Below are positions 1 to 8,729 of a stretch of 64,000 nt of DNA, piece after piece; positions within the stretch are counted from its first letter, which is position 1; each line of letters starts with the position of its first letter. The stretch is from the NCBI GenBank assembly GCA_016342285.1, contig JAEINQ010000002.1:1-64000 (forward strand), given 5' to 3'. Source of the stretch: Desulfobacterales bacterium. Lineage in GTDB: Bacteria; Desulfobacterota; Desulfobacteria; Desulfobacterales; JAEINQ01. The position numbers and the translations under genes were made by a program. Under the pieces are notes generated by a model that was not told the origin of the DNA, searched no databases, and worked only from the letters and a program-made list of their open reading frames with translations.

Positions 1-75
1 ATGTCTTGGCACAAACGAACCTTAAGGTAACCCATGTCTTGGCACTTTAGGGTTACCTATGTCTTGGCATTTCTC
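1..75. repeat. Three direct copies of ATGTCTTGGCA (1-11, 34-44, 59-69) separated by inverted GGTAACCC / GGGTTACC spacers, at the window edge
   Basis: Read directly; repeat units and the inverted spacers are visible in the first 75 nt. Confidence 0.6.
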
Positions 76-95
76 AGGTATCCTTCAGGGCGTCG

Positions 96-254
96 ACCAG
101 GGGGAAAAGAATATCGTCGACGACCAGTGCGCTGATTTCGGCGTGGTTGATGATATAGCCGATGTCCTTGGGATTGAGTCCCGGGTTGATGGGTACGGCA
201 GCGAAACCACCCTTGGCGCAACCGTAGTTGGAAATATTTTAAAGATATAGTCAA
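96..254 (-). pseudogene. Fragment resembling the N-terminal region of an AMP-dependent synthetase/ligase, with no usable start codon
   Basis: Minus-strand frame translates to ISNYGCAKGGFAAVPINPGLNPKDIGYIINHAEISALVVDDILFPLVDALKDT, preceded by a stop and lacking a Met. Pattern matches the AMP-binding enzyme region before the core motifs. Confidence 0.3.
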
Positions 255-365
255 AGATTAGTAAAATAGTTGCGAATTGCGATTTTGTCGGAGTCTGGTT
301 TTGGAGGAATTGCCGTAATTTCAGGGAAAGGCGACAATCACTTGTGTCCGGTGGACGCCTGGGTT

Positions 366-1745
366 ATGAATTCGGTCATGAAAACCATCGGACAATACGA
401 AATCGTCGGCGCTTTGGGCCGTGGCGGCATGAGCAAGGTCTACAAGGTCAGGGTGCCGCGAATCGGAAAGATCGCCGCCCTGAAAGTCTTTGCGCCGAGC
501 CGTAAACTGGTCGAGACGGTGGGGCGCGACATTCTTTTGAAACAGTTTGTCTTTGAGGCCACGGTCATTGCCGCCATTCGCCACCCCAACATTCTGGAGG
601 TGTGGGGTCTGGACGATACCGAAGACGGTCCGTGCTATCTCATGGAATACTTCAGCCACAATCTCGGCGTTCTCATGGGTGAGACCTACTGGGCCGAGAC
701 GCCTTCGCGGGTTATTCCCGTGGAGCGGGCGGTTCGCTATGCCCAAGGCGCCTTGGCCGGACTTTCGCGGCTTCACTATGCGGGCATTGTTCACCGGGAT
801 ATCAAGCCCTTCAATCTCATGGTCACCGACGAAGACGTGGTTAAACTGGCCGATTTCGGGCTTTCCAAACGACGGGGGGAATCCATGCCGTTTCCGGATG
901 GCGTACTGATCGGCACCCGGGGTTACGCAGCACCCGAACAGATGCTCGACCCTGGATCGGCAGATGCCCGGGCCGACCAATACGCCGTCGGGGTGACGCT
1001 TTATCGCATGCTTACCGGATCTCTTCCCCGGGTGCCAATCGATCCGGTGAGTCGGCGGCACGGGGGGCTGGATGCGGACTGGGACGATTTTTTTTCCAAG
1101 GCCCTGGACCGCGAGCCCGGGGGGCGGTTTTCCGCTACGCGTGATATGGCCGCTGCCCTCGGTCGCCTCTATATCGATTTTGAGGAAAAGCAATCGATGG
1201 CCTGCCGGCTGGCCCAACCGTCATCGGCTCTCCCCAAGATTTGGCAAGCCGATGACGCAGATGGGCGAATCCGGCTTCGGTCCCAGGCGATGACCGTGCC
1301 GGCCCCGCGTGCCGGCCGGGTATTTTCCTTGGATGATCTCAACCGGCCGGCGAAATACACCCGGAACCGGCTTATACCAGAAGAAGACCATACGGTTTTT
1401 GACGCCGCCACCGACCTGATCTGGCAACAGGCAGGTTCAGCCTATCCCATGACCCTGGCCGAGGCAGGCGCCTACATCGATCGGCTCAATAAAACCCGGT
1501 TTGCCCATCGAGATGACTGGCGATTTCCCACGGTCGATGAACTTCTTTCCCTGATCAACCCGCCGGGCCCAACCGATTTTTGCTTGGAGCCGGTCTTTGA
1601 CCAGGCCCAGCGCTGGATCTGGAGCGCGGACCGGCGGTCAAAGCGGTCTGCCTGGTATGTCGACGCGGAACTGGGATTTGTCGCCGCCCATGACGATACC
1701 GGTTTTTTTTTCGCCAGGGCAGTGGCCGGACCGGATAACCGCTGA
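366..1745 (+). CDS. Hanks-type Ser/Thr protein kinase fused to a C-terminal DUF1566 (Lcl-like) domain
   Basis: Gly-rich loop GALGRGGMSKVYKV, catalytic HRDIKPFN, DFG, APE (GTRGYAAPE). C-terminus has DUF1566-like TDLIWQQ...DWRFPTVDELLSL motifs. ORF track starts at 270; ATG 366 (MNSVMK) chosen. Confidence 0.8.
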   Translation: MNSVMKTIGQYEIVGALGRGGMSKVYKVRVPRIGKIAALKVFAPSRKLVETVGRDILLKQFVFEATVIAAIRHPNILEVWGLDDTEDGPCYLMEYFSHNLGVLMGETYWAETPSRVIPVERAVRYAQGALAGLSRLHYAGIVHRDIKPFNLMVTDEDVVKLADFGLSKRRGESMPFPDGVLIGTRGYAAPEQMLDPGSADARADQYAVGVTLYRMLTGSLPRVPIDPVSRRHGGLDADWDDFFSKALDREPGGRFSATRDMAAALGRLYIDFEEKQSMACRLAQPSSALPKIWQADDADGRIRLRSQAMTVPAPRAGRVFSLDDLNRPAKYTRNRLIPEEDHTVFDAATDLIWQQAGSAYPMTLAEAGAYIDRLNKTRFAHRDDWRFPTVDELLSLINPPGPTDFCLEPVFDQAQRWIWSADRRSKRSAWYVDAELGFVAAHDDTGFFFARAVAGPDNR

Positions 1746-1772
1746 AATTTCCCGCTTTTGTCATTTTGAAAT

Positions 1773-1846
1773 GTGCGGTAAGATCGGCAATCCCGAAGGG
1801 TTTTAAATTTCGAAATTTAAAACGCTCAGAGTGGGTGTAAAAAAGC
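1773..1846. promoter_or_regulatory. Shared cis-element copy 1: GGTAAGATCGGCAATCCCGAAGGG followed by a perfect 22-bp palindrome TTTTAAATTTCGAAATTTAAAA (about 1801-1822), about 55 nt upstream of the acyltransferase gene
   Basis: AT-rich perfect palindrome in a GC-rich background; second copy at 4205-4359. Confidence 0.5.
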
Positions 1847-1898
1847 GGTGGAAGGGGTTGCATAAACGATCAGGCGTTTCAACGCTGGAGGGCGCACC

Positions 1899-3323
1899 AT
1901 GGGCGGACAGGTCACCATCTCCATCTGGTTCTTTCTCCTTCTTTTAGCGATTTCCATCCTTGCGGTGCTCGACCGGATTCTCATTCCCAGCTCCCGGTGG
2001 TTTCTGCGCCGGCGGATCAACCGCGTTCTCGAAGAGATCGGCACCCGGCTAGACATTGAGATCCGTCCCTTTCAGCTCACCAAACGTCAGGTGCTCATCG
2101 ACCGGCTCATCTATGACCCCCAGGTGATCGAGGCCGTCGCCGATTACGCCAGAGAAAAAGAGATGCCTCTGGAAGTGGCGCAGAACAAGGTAGCCACCTA
2201 TGCCCGGGAGATCGTCCCCTCCTTCAACGCCTACTTCTATTTTCGTATCGGCTACTGGATCGCCAAGCGGGTGGCCCGCATGCTCTACCAGGTAAGGGTC
2301 GGACTGTTCAAGGAAGACCAATATGCCGCCATTGATCCCAATTCCACCGTGGTTTTCGTCATGAACCACCGCTCCAACATGGACTATATCCTGGTCGCTT
2401 TCCTGGCGGCGGAGCGGACAACCCTCTCCTATGCGGTCGGCGAATGGGCCAAGATCTGGCCCTTGCACATGCTGTTCCGGGCCATGGGCGCTTTCTTTGT
2501 GCGACGTCAATCCGGCAATGCCCTCTACCGCCGGGTCCTGGAACGCTATATTCACATGGCCACCCACGAAGGCGTCTGCCAGGCCGTCTTTCTAGAAGGC
2601 GGTCTGAGCCGGGACGGATTTTTGCGCGAACCCAGGCTCGGCCTGATGGATTACATGCTGCGCCGGTTCGATCCGGTCCGGGACCGGGACATCGTCTTTA
2701 TTCCCGTGGGCATTAACTACGACCGAACCATCGAGGACCGCAGCCTGCTTCGAAATCTCGATCACCAAGCCAAAAAACGTAGCGGTTGGTTTGTCTTTTG
2801 GACCACCTTCGGGTTCATCCGGCGAAGCCTGACGCTCATGGTGCTCAGCCGCTGGCGCCGCTACGGTTATGCCTGCGTCAACTTTGGTGAGCCCCTGTCC
2901 ATCAATGCGTATTGCCGTGAAAAAAACGTTCCTTTTGCCGCACTGGACCGGCCCGATCGGTTCAAAGCGGTCGAGGCCCTGTGCCGTCGGCTCATGGCGG
3001 GCATCGCCCACGTGGTGCCGGTGCTGCCGGTTTCGGTGGTGGCGACGGTCTTTGCCGAAGCCATGGAAGAAGAGATGGACATCTTGGAGATCGAGCAGCG
3101 GGCCGACCGACTGATTCATGACCTTCAGGACCGCGGCGCGCCGGTCTTTGAAACACCACGCAGCACCCGGGCGCGGATCATCGCCGAGGCCGTGGACATC
3201 CTGGCCATGCGGCGCCTGGTGACCCTTGTCGGCGACAAATTCAAGGCTGTGGCCGAAGAAGAACCACTGCTTCGCTATTACGCCAATGCCATCGGCCACT
3301 GGCGGACGGGTCAGTCGCAATAG
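1899..3323 (+). CDS. GPAT/PlsB-like glycerol-3-phosphate (lysophospholipid) acyltransferase family protein
   Basis: HXXXXD acyltransferase motif (VMNHRSNMDYIL), FVRR and EGGLSRDG blocks; N-terminal TM segment; RBS GGAG before ATG 1899. Confidence 0.7.
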   Translation: MGGQVTISIWFFLLLLAISILAVLDRILIPSSRWFLRRRINRVLEEIGTRLDIEIRPFQLTKRQVLIDRLIYDPQVIEAVADYAREKEMPLEVAQNKVATYAREIVPSFNAYFYFRIGYWIAKRVARMLYQVRVGLFKEDQYAAIDPNSTVVFVMNHRSNMDYILVAFLAAERTTLSYAVGEWAKIWPLHMLFRAMGAFFVRRQSGNALYRRVLERYIHMATHEGVCQAVFLEGGLSRDGFLREPRLGLMDYMLRRFDPVRDRDIVFIPVGINYDRTIEDRSLLRNLDHQAKKRSGWFVFWTTFGFIRRSLTLMVLSRWRRYGYACVNFGEPLSINAYCREKNVPFAALDRPDRFKAVEALCRRLMAGIAHVVPVLPVSVVATVFAEAMEEEMDILEIEQRADRLIHDLQDRGAPVFETPRSTRARIIAEAVDILAMRRLVTLVGDKFKAVAEEEPLLRYYANAIGHWRTGQSQ

Positions 3324-3415
3324 AATTTCGGCGACGGGGATACAACGCCGCCTCAGGAGGCGGTCGACGAAATCAATGCGGTACTGGAAGAGATTAAGGA
3401 GGGATTTGTTATCAA

Positions 3416-3895
3416 ATGAGCGGAATCGATACTTACACCATTAAAGTGGCCCTGATGCACAACAAGCGGACCTACCGGAATATCGAAATCGCCGGCAGCC
3501 AGACCTTTGCCGCGCTCCATGAAGCGATCTTTGACGCCTTTGAGCGGTACGACGCGCATCTGTATTCCTTCTTCTTTCCCGGGAAAAGAACCAAGAGCAT
3601 GCGTAACATGTTCAGTGCGCTGGAAATCACCCATCCCATGAATGTCCAGGAAATGGCAGGAATGCTGGAAAAAGAGATCCACAGCGCAGACAAGACAACC
3701 ATCGGTCAAATGGGGCTAAAGGAAGGGGACTATCTTTATTATCTTTTCGATTTTGGAGACGAATGGTGGCACGAGCTGACCGTTTTGAAAGCCGAGCCCG
3801 GGAGCGTGTCGGTGAAGTCCCTTCCCCGGGTCGTCAAAAAGAACGGCCCATCGCCCGAGCAGTATCCCGAATACGATGAGGACGAAGATGAATGA
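3416..3895 (+). CDS. Plasmid pRiA4b ORF-3-like family protein
   Basis: Conserved YLFDFGDEWWHEL motif typical of the pRiA4_Orf3 family; acidic C-terminus. Confidence 0.65.
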   Translation: MSGIDTYTIKVALMHNKRTYRNIEIAGSQTFAALHEAIFDAFERYDAHLYSFFFPGKRTKSMRNMFSALEITHPMNVQEMAGMLEKEIHSADKTTIGQMGLKEGDYLYYLFDFGDEWWHELTVLKAEPGSVSVKSLPRVVKKNGPSPEQYPEYDEDEDE

Positions 3896-4204
3896 TGGGC
3901 CGTTATCCGCGCCGCGTGTCAATTTAAGCGCGCGCGTTTCAAACCACGCTGAATTCATATATCCTGATATAATTCAAGCCATCCCCTCTGTCTCCACTTG
4001 ACCTTCTGCCGATTCGGCCCCACCTTTCCAAATTACCGGAACCGTAATTATCGGAGCGGACACCGGATGTGATCTTTGTGAATTCATCGATATGGATAAC
4101 AGAGACCGACACCTGAGTTGAGCGATTGTCGAGGTTGCTACAGCTACAAGGAAGATATTTTCCCGTTATGGTCCTTCATGCGGGAAGGCATATTGCGCCG
4201 TCGA

Positions 4205-4359
4205 TGTGGTAAGATCGGCAATTCCGACCTGTCGGGTCGTAGCTGAAAGCGAAGCCTGAAGGGTTTTAAATTCCGAAAGACAAAATTGGATATTTCACTA
4301 TAAATATGGGTTGCTTATAGCCTGTTTTGGAATTTTAAACGCTCAGTTAGGTGAAAAGG
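4205..4359. promoter_or_regulatory. Shared cis-element copy 2 (same 5' box and palindrome arms as 1773-1846, but the arms are split by about 50 nt and a CGACC..GGTCG hairpin is inserted), directly upstream of pirin
   Basis: TGGTAAGATCGGCAATTCCGA, GGGTTTTAAATTCCGAAA and TTTTGGAATTTTAAACGCTCAG align to copy 1. Confidence 0.5.
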
Positions 4360-4368
4360 AGACAGACC

Positions 4369-5217
4369 ATGGAAAAGAGCAGGCCCATCAAGCGGATATT
4401 GAAAGGCACACCCGTCCTGGAGGGGGCCGGCGTCCATCTTCGTCGCGTTTTCGGGAATTCCGAACTGCCCCTTTTTGATCCGTTCCTCATGTTCGACGAT
4501 TTCCGTTCGGACAGTCCGGAGAAGTATGTCAAAGGATTTCCCTGGCATCCCCATCGGGGCATCGAAACCATCACCTATATCCTCAAAGGCGATGTGGAAC
4601 ACGGCGACAGCATGGGAAACAAGGGGATTATATCAGCAGGGGACGTGCAGTGGATGACGGCCGGCAGCGGCATCGTCCATCAGGAAATGCCGAAAGGTGA
4701 CGCCGCAGGCGCCATGCACGGGTTCCAGTTGTGGGCGAACCTGCCGGCCGGGCAGAAAATGATGGCGCCCCGGTACAACGACATCACGGCAGAGAGCATA
4801 CCGGAAGTGGCGCTTGCCGACGGCGTGCGTATCAAAGTCATCGCCGGGACGGTGGGAAAAACCCAGGGGCCGATGAAAGACATCGTCATCGACCCGGAGT
4901 TCATGGACTGCACCGTGTCCGACGGTGTCACCTACGTTCACCGGACCGAGCCGGATTACACCGCTTTTATCTATGTGACCGGCGGCACCGGCAGGGTCAA
5001 CGGCACCCATGTTGACAATGGCACCCTGGTTCTTTTCGATTCGGGGCCGTCGTTTTCCGTGACCGCCGCAGGCGGCCCGGTCCGGTTTCTGATCCTGACC
5101 GGAAAACCCCTGGGCGAACCCATCGCCTGGCGAGGCCCCATTGTCATGAACACCCAGGCCGAACTGGACGCGGCGTTTGCCGAATACCGGGACGGCACCT
5201 TTATCAAACATCCATGA
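4369..5217 (+). CDS. Pirin family protein (cupin)
   Basis: FPWHPHRGIETITYILKG...H..GDSMG pirin metal-binding motifs; AAGGAG RBS 7 nt upstream of ATG 4369 (track ORF starts with GTG at 4351). Confidence 0.85.
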   Translation: MEKSRPIKRILKGTPVLEGAGVHLRRVFGNSELPLFDPFLMFDDFRSDSPEKYVKGFPWHPHRGIETITYILKGDVEHGDSMGNKGIISAGDVQWMTAGSGIVHQEMPKGDAAGAMHGFQLWANLPAGQKMMAPRYNDITAESIPEVALADGVRIKVIAGTVGKTQGPMKDIVIDPEFMDCTVSDGVTYVHRTEPDYTAFIYVTGGTGRVNGTHVDNGTLVLFDSGPSFSVTAAGGPVRFLILTGKPLGEPIAWRGPIVMNTQAELDAAFAEYRDGTFIKHP

Positions 5218-5229
5218 AAGGAGATCATC

Positions 5230-5841
5230 ATGAAAGTACTGATCGTTTACTACTCGACATATGGACATATTCACACCATGGCCGAAGCGGTGGCCGAAGG
5301 GGTCAATGCCGTGGCCGGTGCCGAAGCAATCCTCCGCCGCGTGCCCGAGACCTTGCCGGCAGACGTTCTGGAAAAAATGGGGGCGGTCGATGCCCAGAAG
5401 GCCCAGTCCCATGTGCCGGTCTGCACCGTGGAGGAGCTGGCCGAAGCCGATGCGGTGATTTTCGGCACCCCGACCCGGTTCGGCAACATGTGCGGCCAGA
5501 TGCGCCAGTTCCTCGACGCCACAGGCGGGCTCTGGGCCAGCGGGGCCCTGGTGGGAAAGGTGGGCAGCGTCTTTGCTTCCACCGCCACCCAGCACGGCGG
5601 CCAGGAGTCGACCATCCTTTCCTTCCACACCACCCTGCTTCACCACGGCTTTGTGGTGGTGGGTCTCCCCTATGCTTTCCAGGGCCAGATGCGCATCGAT
5701 GAGATCACGGGCGGCTCGCCTTACGGTGCCACCACCATTGCCGGCGGATCGGGGGAGCGCATGCCCAGCGAGAATGAACTGGAAGGCGCCCGTTTTCAGG
5801 GCAAGCATGTGGCGGCTATTGCGGCCAAACTGGCTGCATAG
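5230..5841 (+). CDS. wrbA: NAD(P)H:quinone oxidoreductase, WrbA type (flavodoxin-like)
   Basis: [25 protein letters not shown]-terminus and flavodoxin-like fold motifs; AAGGAG RBS; follows pirin by 12 nt (operon). Confidence 0.85.
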   Translation: MKVLIVYYSTYGHIHTMAEAVAEGVNAVAGAEAILRRVPETLPADVLEKMGAVDAQKAQSHVPVCTVEELAEADAVIFGTPTRFGNMCGQMRQFLDATGGLWASGALVGKVGSVFASTATQHGGQESTILSFHTTLLHHGFVVVGLPYAFQGQMRIDEITGGSPYGATTIAGGSGERMPSENELEGARFQGKHVAAIAAKLAA

Positions 5842-6282
5842 GTTCCCCTAAAGCCCCACGCCAGGGGAGTCAGGCTGCCGGACAGTGAGCTCCGGCGGCC
5901 TGCACTCCACCCGGGGAACGCCCGCCTTACAACCGCTGGATCAGGTAAAGATAAGTCGGCAGACGACTCAGTCGTTTACTTCGGCAAAACGTTTGGACCA
6001 GTTAGTGCCGAGCCCGCGAATGAATTGGATTTCTCCCCTCAGATTGAACTAGAATTCGTAGTCCGGCGTCGTGATCTCGGAATACCTGCCGGATCGGAGT
6101 GGAGTGCGGGTCCTCTTGAGATGACCGGAGCCGTCTCTTTCAATGGTGACGGCCATATTGATGATCCGTCACAAGAGCAAATGGGTTTCTCCGACTTTGC
6201 AGGCCTTTATGGAGACCGCCAGGAAAGTGATAAAAACGCCGGAAGTGGATTAATGAAAAGGTTTGACAAACAGAACGTTGTA

Positions 6283-6306
6283 GCTTAGTTTAAGACTAAA
6301 CTAAGC
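6283..6306. promoter_or_regulatory. Palindromic operator GCTTAGTTTAAGACTAAACTAAGC just downstream of a TTGACA -35-like hexamer, upstream of the antitoxin gene
   Basis: Palindrome read directly; type II TA promoters are typically autoregulated by the antitoxin. Confidence 0.4.
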
Positions 6307-6320
6307 GCGGGGGTGGGAAA

Positions 6321-6578
6321 ATGAAAATCGGCATCCATGAGGCAAAAACAAGGCTTTCCAAGCTCATCCCGGCTGTTCTATCCGGCGAGGAGGTCATCAT
6401 CACCAAGTCCGGAAAACCCCTGGTGAAACTGGTTCCTGTAGATGGGCAGGGGGGGGATCGACCCCTTGGCTGTTATGCGGGAAAGATCAAAATTTTTGAA
6501 GACTTGATGGAACCGTTGCCCAAGGAGATGATCGACGATTTCTGGATTCAGAAAGATGACCGTGCGTTATCTTCTTGA
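6321..6578 (+). CDS. Phd/YefM family antitoxin
   Basis: MKIGIHEAKTRLSKLI...KSGKPLVKLVPV; 23-nt overlap with the PIN toxin gene. Confidence 0.8.
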   Translation: MKIGIHEAKTRLSKLIPAVLSGEEVIITKSGKPLVKLVPVDGQGGDRPLGCYAGKIKIFEDLMEPLPKEMIDDFWIQKDDRALSS

Positions 6579-6948
6579 CACCCACGTTTTTCTCTGGATG
6601 GCGGCAGATCCCGACAAGTTGTCTCGCAACGTCAGGAAAATTGTCCTTCAAAAAAATAGCCGCCTCTATCTGAGTGCGGCCAGCGGTTGGGAGATCGCGT
6701 TGCTTCGAAATCTCGGACGCATTGAACTACCGGATGAGCCCCAACGGTTTGTGCCGGAGGCCATGCAGCAGCTTGGCGTGACCCCCATCCCCATCAGTTT
6801 TTCGACGGCCATGGCCGCTGCGTCGCTACCCCTGATCCATAGAGATCCCTTTGACCGCATCATGATCGCTGAAGCGGAAAAGGAAAAAATGACCGTTGTG
6901 ACCAAGGACAAAAAATTTGCCGGATATGGAATTCAACTGTTGTGGTGA
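6556..6948 (+). CDS. vapC: PIN-domain toxin VapC
   Basis: LLDTHVFLW N-terminus with the conserved Asp, PIN acidic residues; overlaps the upstream antitoxin. Confidence 0.8.
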   Translation: MTVRYLLDTHVFLWMAADPDKLSRNVRKIVLQKNSRLYLSAASGWEIALLRNLGRIELPDEPQRFVPEAMQQLGVTPIPISFSTAMAAASLPLIHRDPFDRIMIAEAEKEKMTVVTKDKKFAGYGIQLLW

Positions 6949-6967
6949 ATTTTCCAAATTCGGTGAT

Positions 6968-7768
6968 TTACCCTCGGTCCTGAAAAACCGGGGGACGCTT
7001 TTCGAGGTTGGCCATGACCGCCTCAATCTGGTTCGGCGTTGCGATCAGTTCGCGCTGAAGGGTTTCTTCCAGTAAGAGTCCCTTTTCAGGGCCGCTTCGC
7101 CAGGCTTCTTCCAGCAGCTGCTTTCCCCTTGAAATGGCATCGGGGGATTTGCCGGCAATCACTTTTGCCAGTTTTTCGGCTTCCCCCCTGGGGTCTTCGC
7201 AGATCCGTGTGACCAAGCCCAGTTCAGCCGCTTCGGCCGCCTCGACGATCCGTCCGGTAAAGACCAGTTCCTTGGCCACATCCAGCCGGACCAGGTCACA
7301 CAGGGTCTGGGAGCCGGACATGTCGGGCACCAGCCCCCACTTGATCTCCATGACGGACATGCGCGTATCGGCTGCCGCCAGGCGGATATCGGCGGCCAGG
7401 GCGAGCTGAATCCCTCCGCCAAAGGCGACTCCGTGGAGGGCCGCGATGACCGGCACCGGCACCTGTTTCCAGACCCACGCCACCTGCTGGGCCTTGTTGG
7501 CCGGGTTGTCTTCCGGTCGGTCGAAAAGATCATGGCCGCCAGGGTCGGCACCGAGTTTTTCGAAAATTTCAAAATCCAGCCCTGCGCAGAATCCCTTGCC
7601 GTTTCCGGACAGAACCACGGCCCGGATGGATGGGTCGTTTTTGACCGCTTCGCCCACTTCGAGAATGCGGTAAAACATCTCCAGGTTCAGTGCATTGTAC
7701 TTCTCCGGTCGGTTGAGGGTGACAAAGGCGATGTGGTCCCTGATTTCAAGGGTGACGATCTCAGCCAT
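6968..7768 (-). CDS. Enoyl-CoA hydratase/isomerase (crotonase) family protein
   Basis: VTLNRPEKYNAL, GNGKGFCAGLD oxyanion-hole region, AAL.G.A.GGG.QLALA motif. Confidence 0.8.
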   Translation of the reverse strand: MAEIVTLEIRDHIAFVTLNRPEKYNALNLEMFYRILEVGEAVKNDPSIRAVVLSGNGKGFCAGLDFEIFEKLGADPGGHDLFDRPEDNPANKAQQVAWVWKQVPVPVIAALHGVAFGGGIQLALAADIRLAAADTRMSVMEIKWGLVPDMSGSQTLCDLVRLDVAKELVFTGRIVEAAEAAELGLVTRICEDPRGEAEKLAKVIAGKSPDAISRGKQLLEEAWRSGPEKGLLLEETLQRELIATPNQIEAVMANLEKRPPVFQDRG

Positions 7769-8414
7769 CGGTTCTCCTTTTTAAGATTTTGATGATTTCG
7801 GCGGGATCCGGCCTTTTCGTATAATCGGGGTTGACCTCTGCGTCGAGGATCGTCCCGTTTGGGTCAACAATGAAGCGGCCCGGCATGGGCAGGGTCCAGG
7901 AATCGTTGCCGTTGAACCGTTCCAGGTCGATGCCGAACTTGCTGTACAGTCCCTTCAAGTCCTCTGGCAGGGTGAATACCAGGCCGAATCGGGTTGCGAC
8001 CTCATTTCCCTTATCACCGATGACTCTGAATGTCAGGTTCAATTTCTTCGCGATCTGTTTCGAATATTTTTCAAGCTGCGGTGATATGACTATGATTGAG
8101 GCGCCAAGGGCTTCGATATCGGCAGCAACTTCTTGCAGAGCTTCCAGCTCCAGATTGCAATACCGTCACCAGACACCCCGGTAAAAGCTGATCACCATCG
8201 GCCCCTTGCCGAGCAACTTCGCTGAGCCAATCGAATTTCCGTTGATGTCGGGAAGGGTGAATTCCGGCGCGCGGTCTCCCGTTTTCAGGGCGCGTTCCAT
8301 GATTCCCGAGGAGAGCAGATCTTCCGTGGCCCGGTGCATGACGGTCAGGGCCTCGGGCGGCGCGCTCGATTCGAACGTTCTTCTCATTTCATCCAATTTA
8401 TCTTGTAGTCCCAT
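7761..8414 (-). CDS. Peroxiredoxin-like (AhpC/TSA/thioredoxin-fold) selenoprotein with a U-x-x-C redox motif; track ORFs 8166..8414 and 7761..8042 are one gene joined by an in-frame TGA
   Basis: Minus-strand reading gives ...ISFYRGVW-TGA-RYCNLELEALQEVAAD... with the TGA at + 8166-8168 and the Cys codon at 8157-8159. Both halves are in the same frame (126 nt apart). FYRG.W[C/U]..C is the Prx-like active site. AAGGAG RBS before ATG 8414. Confidence 0.65.
8133..8160 (-). other. Putative bacterial SECIS hairpin 6-33 nt downstream of the in-frame UGA
   Basis: mRNA UUGCAAUCUGGAGCUGGAAGCUCUGCAA: outer stem UUGCA/UGCAA, inner stem GGAGCU/AGCUC, small G-rich apical loop. Confidence 0.35.
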
Positions 8415-8729
8415 TAGGTATCTCCTTTAAGATCGTTGGGGAGCGATAGATCGTGACGATGCCCATTTGGCATCGACGCAAACCCCGTGTTGCTGACCGT
8501 GGAATGTTCTTACTGACGGTACGGATCATTCCTGGCCTGTCAAGTCAAAACCGTTTGGCTTTTGCCATTGCCGATGTAGCGACAGGGTCAGATATCGTTG
8601 GAATTGCAGTTTCGGATTTGCCGGACGAGCGGTTTTGCACAACCTCTGCGATGGCGATCCGTCTCTATTTATTGACAATGGCACGGAAACGGGTCATGAT
8701 GACCTTATTGGCTTGAATGGGAGCGAATT

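Noticed and set aside
4633-5808. 391-aa minus-strand ORF overlapping pirin and wrbA
   Set aside because: Gly/Arg/Ala/His-rich low-complexity translation that is antisense to two well-supported genes; a typical spurious antisense ORF in high-GC DNA.
6025-6288. 87-aa plus-strand ORF between wrbA and the first TA module
   Set aside because: No RBS and no recognisable motif; its 3' end overlaps the TA promoter/operator region.
7761-8042. Treating 7761..8042 and 8166..8414 as two separate small genes
   Set aside because: They share a frame and are separated by a single TGA sitting exactly at the redox-active position of a Prx-like CxxC motif, so they were merged as one selenoprotein gene.
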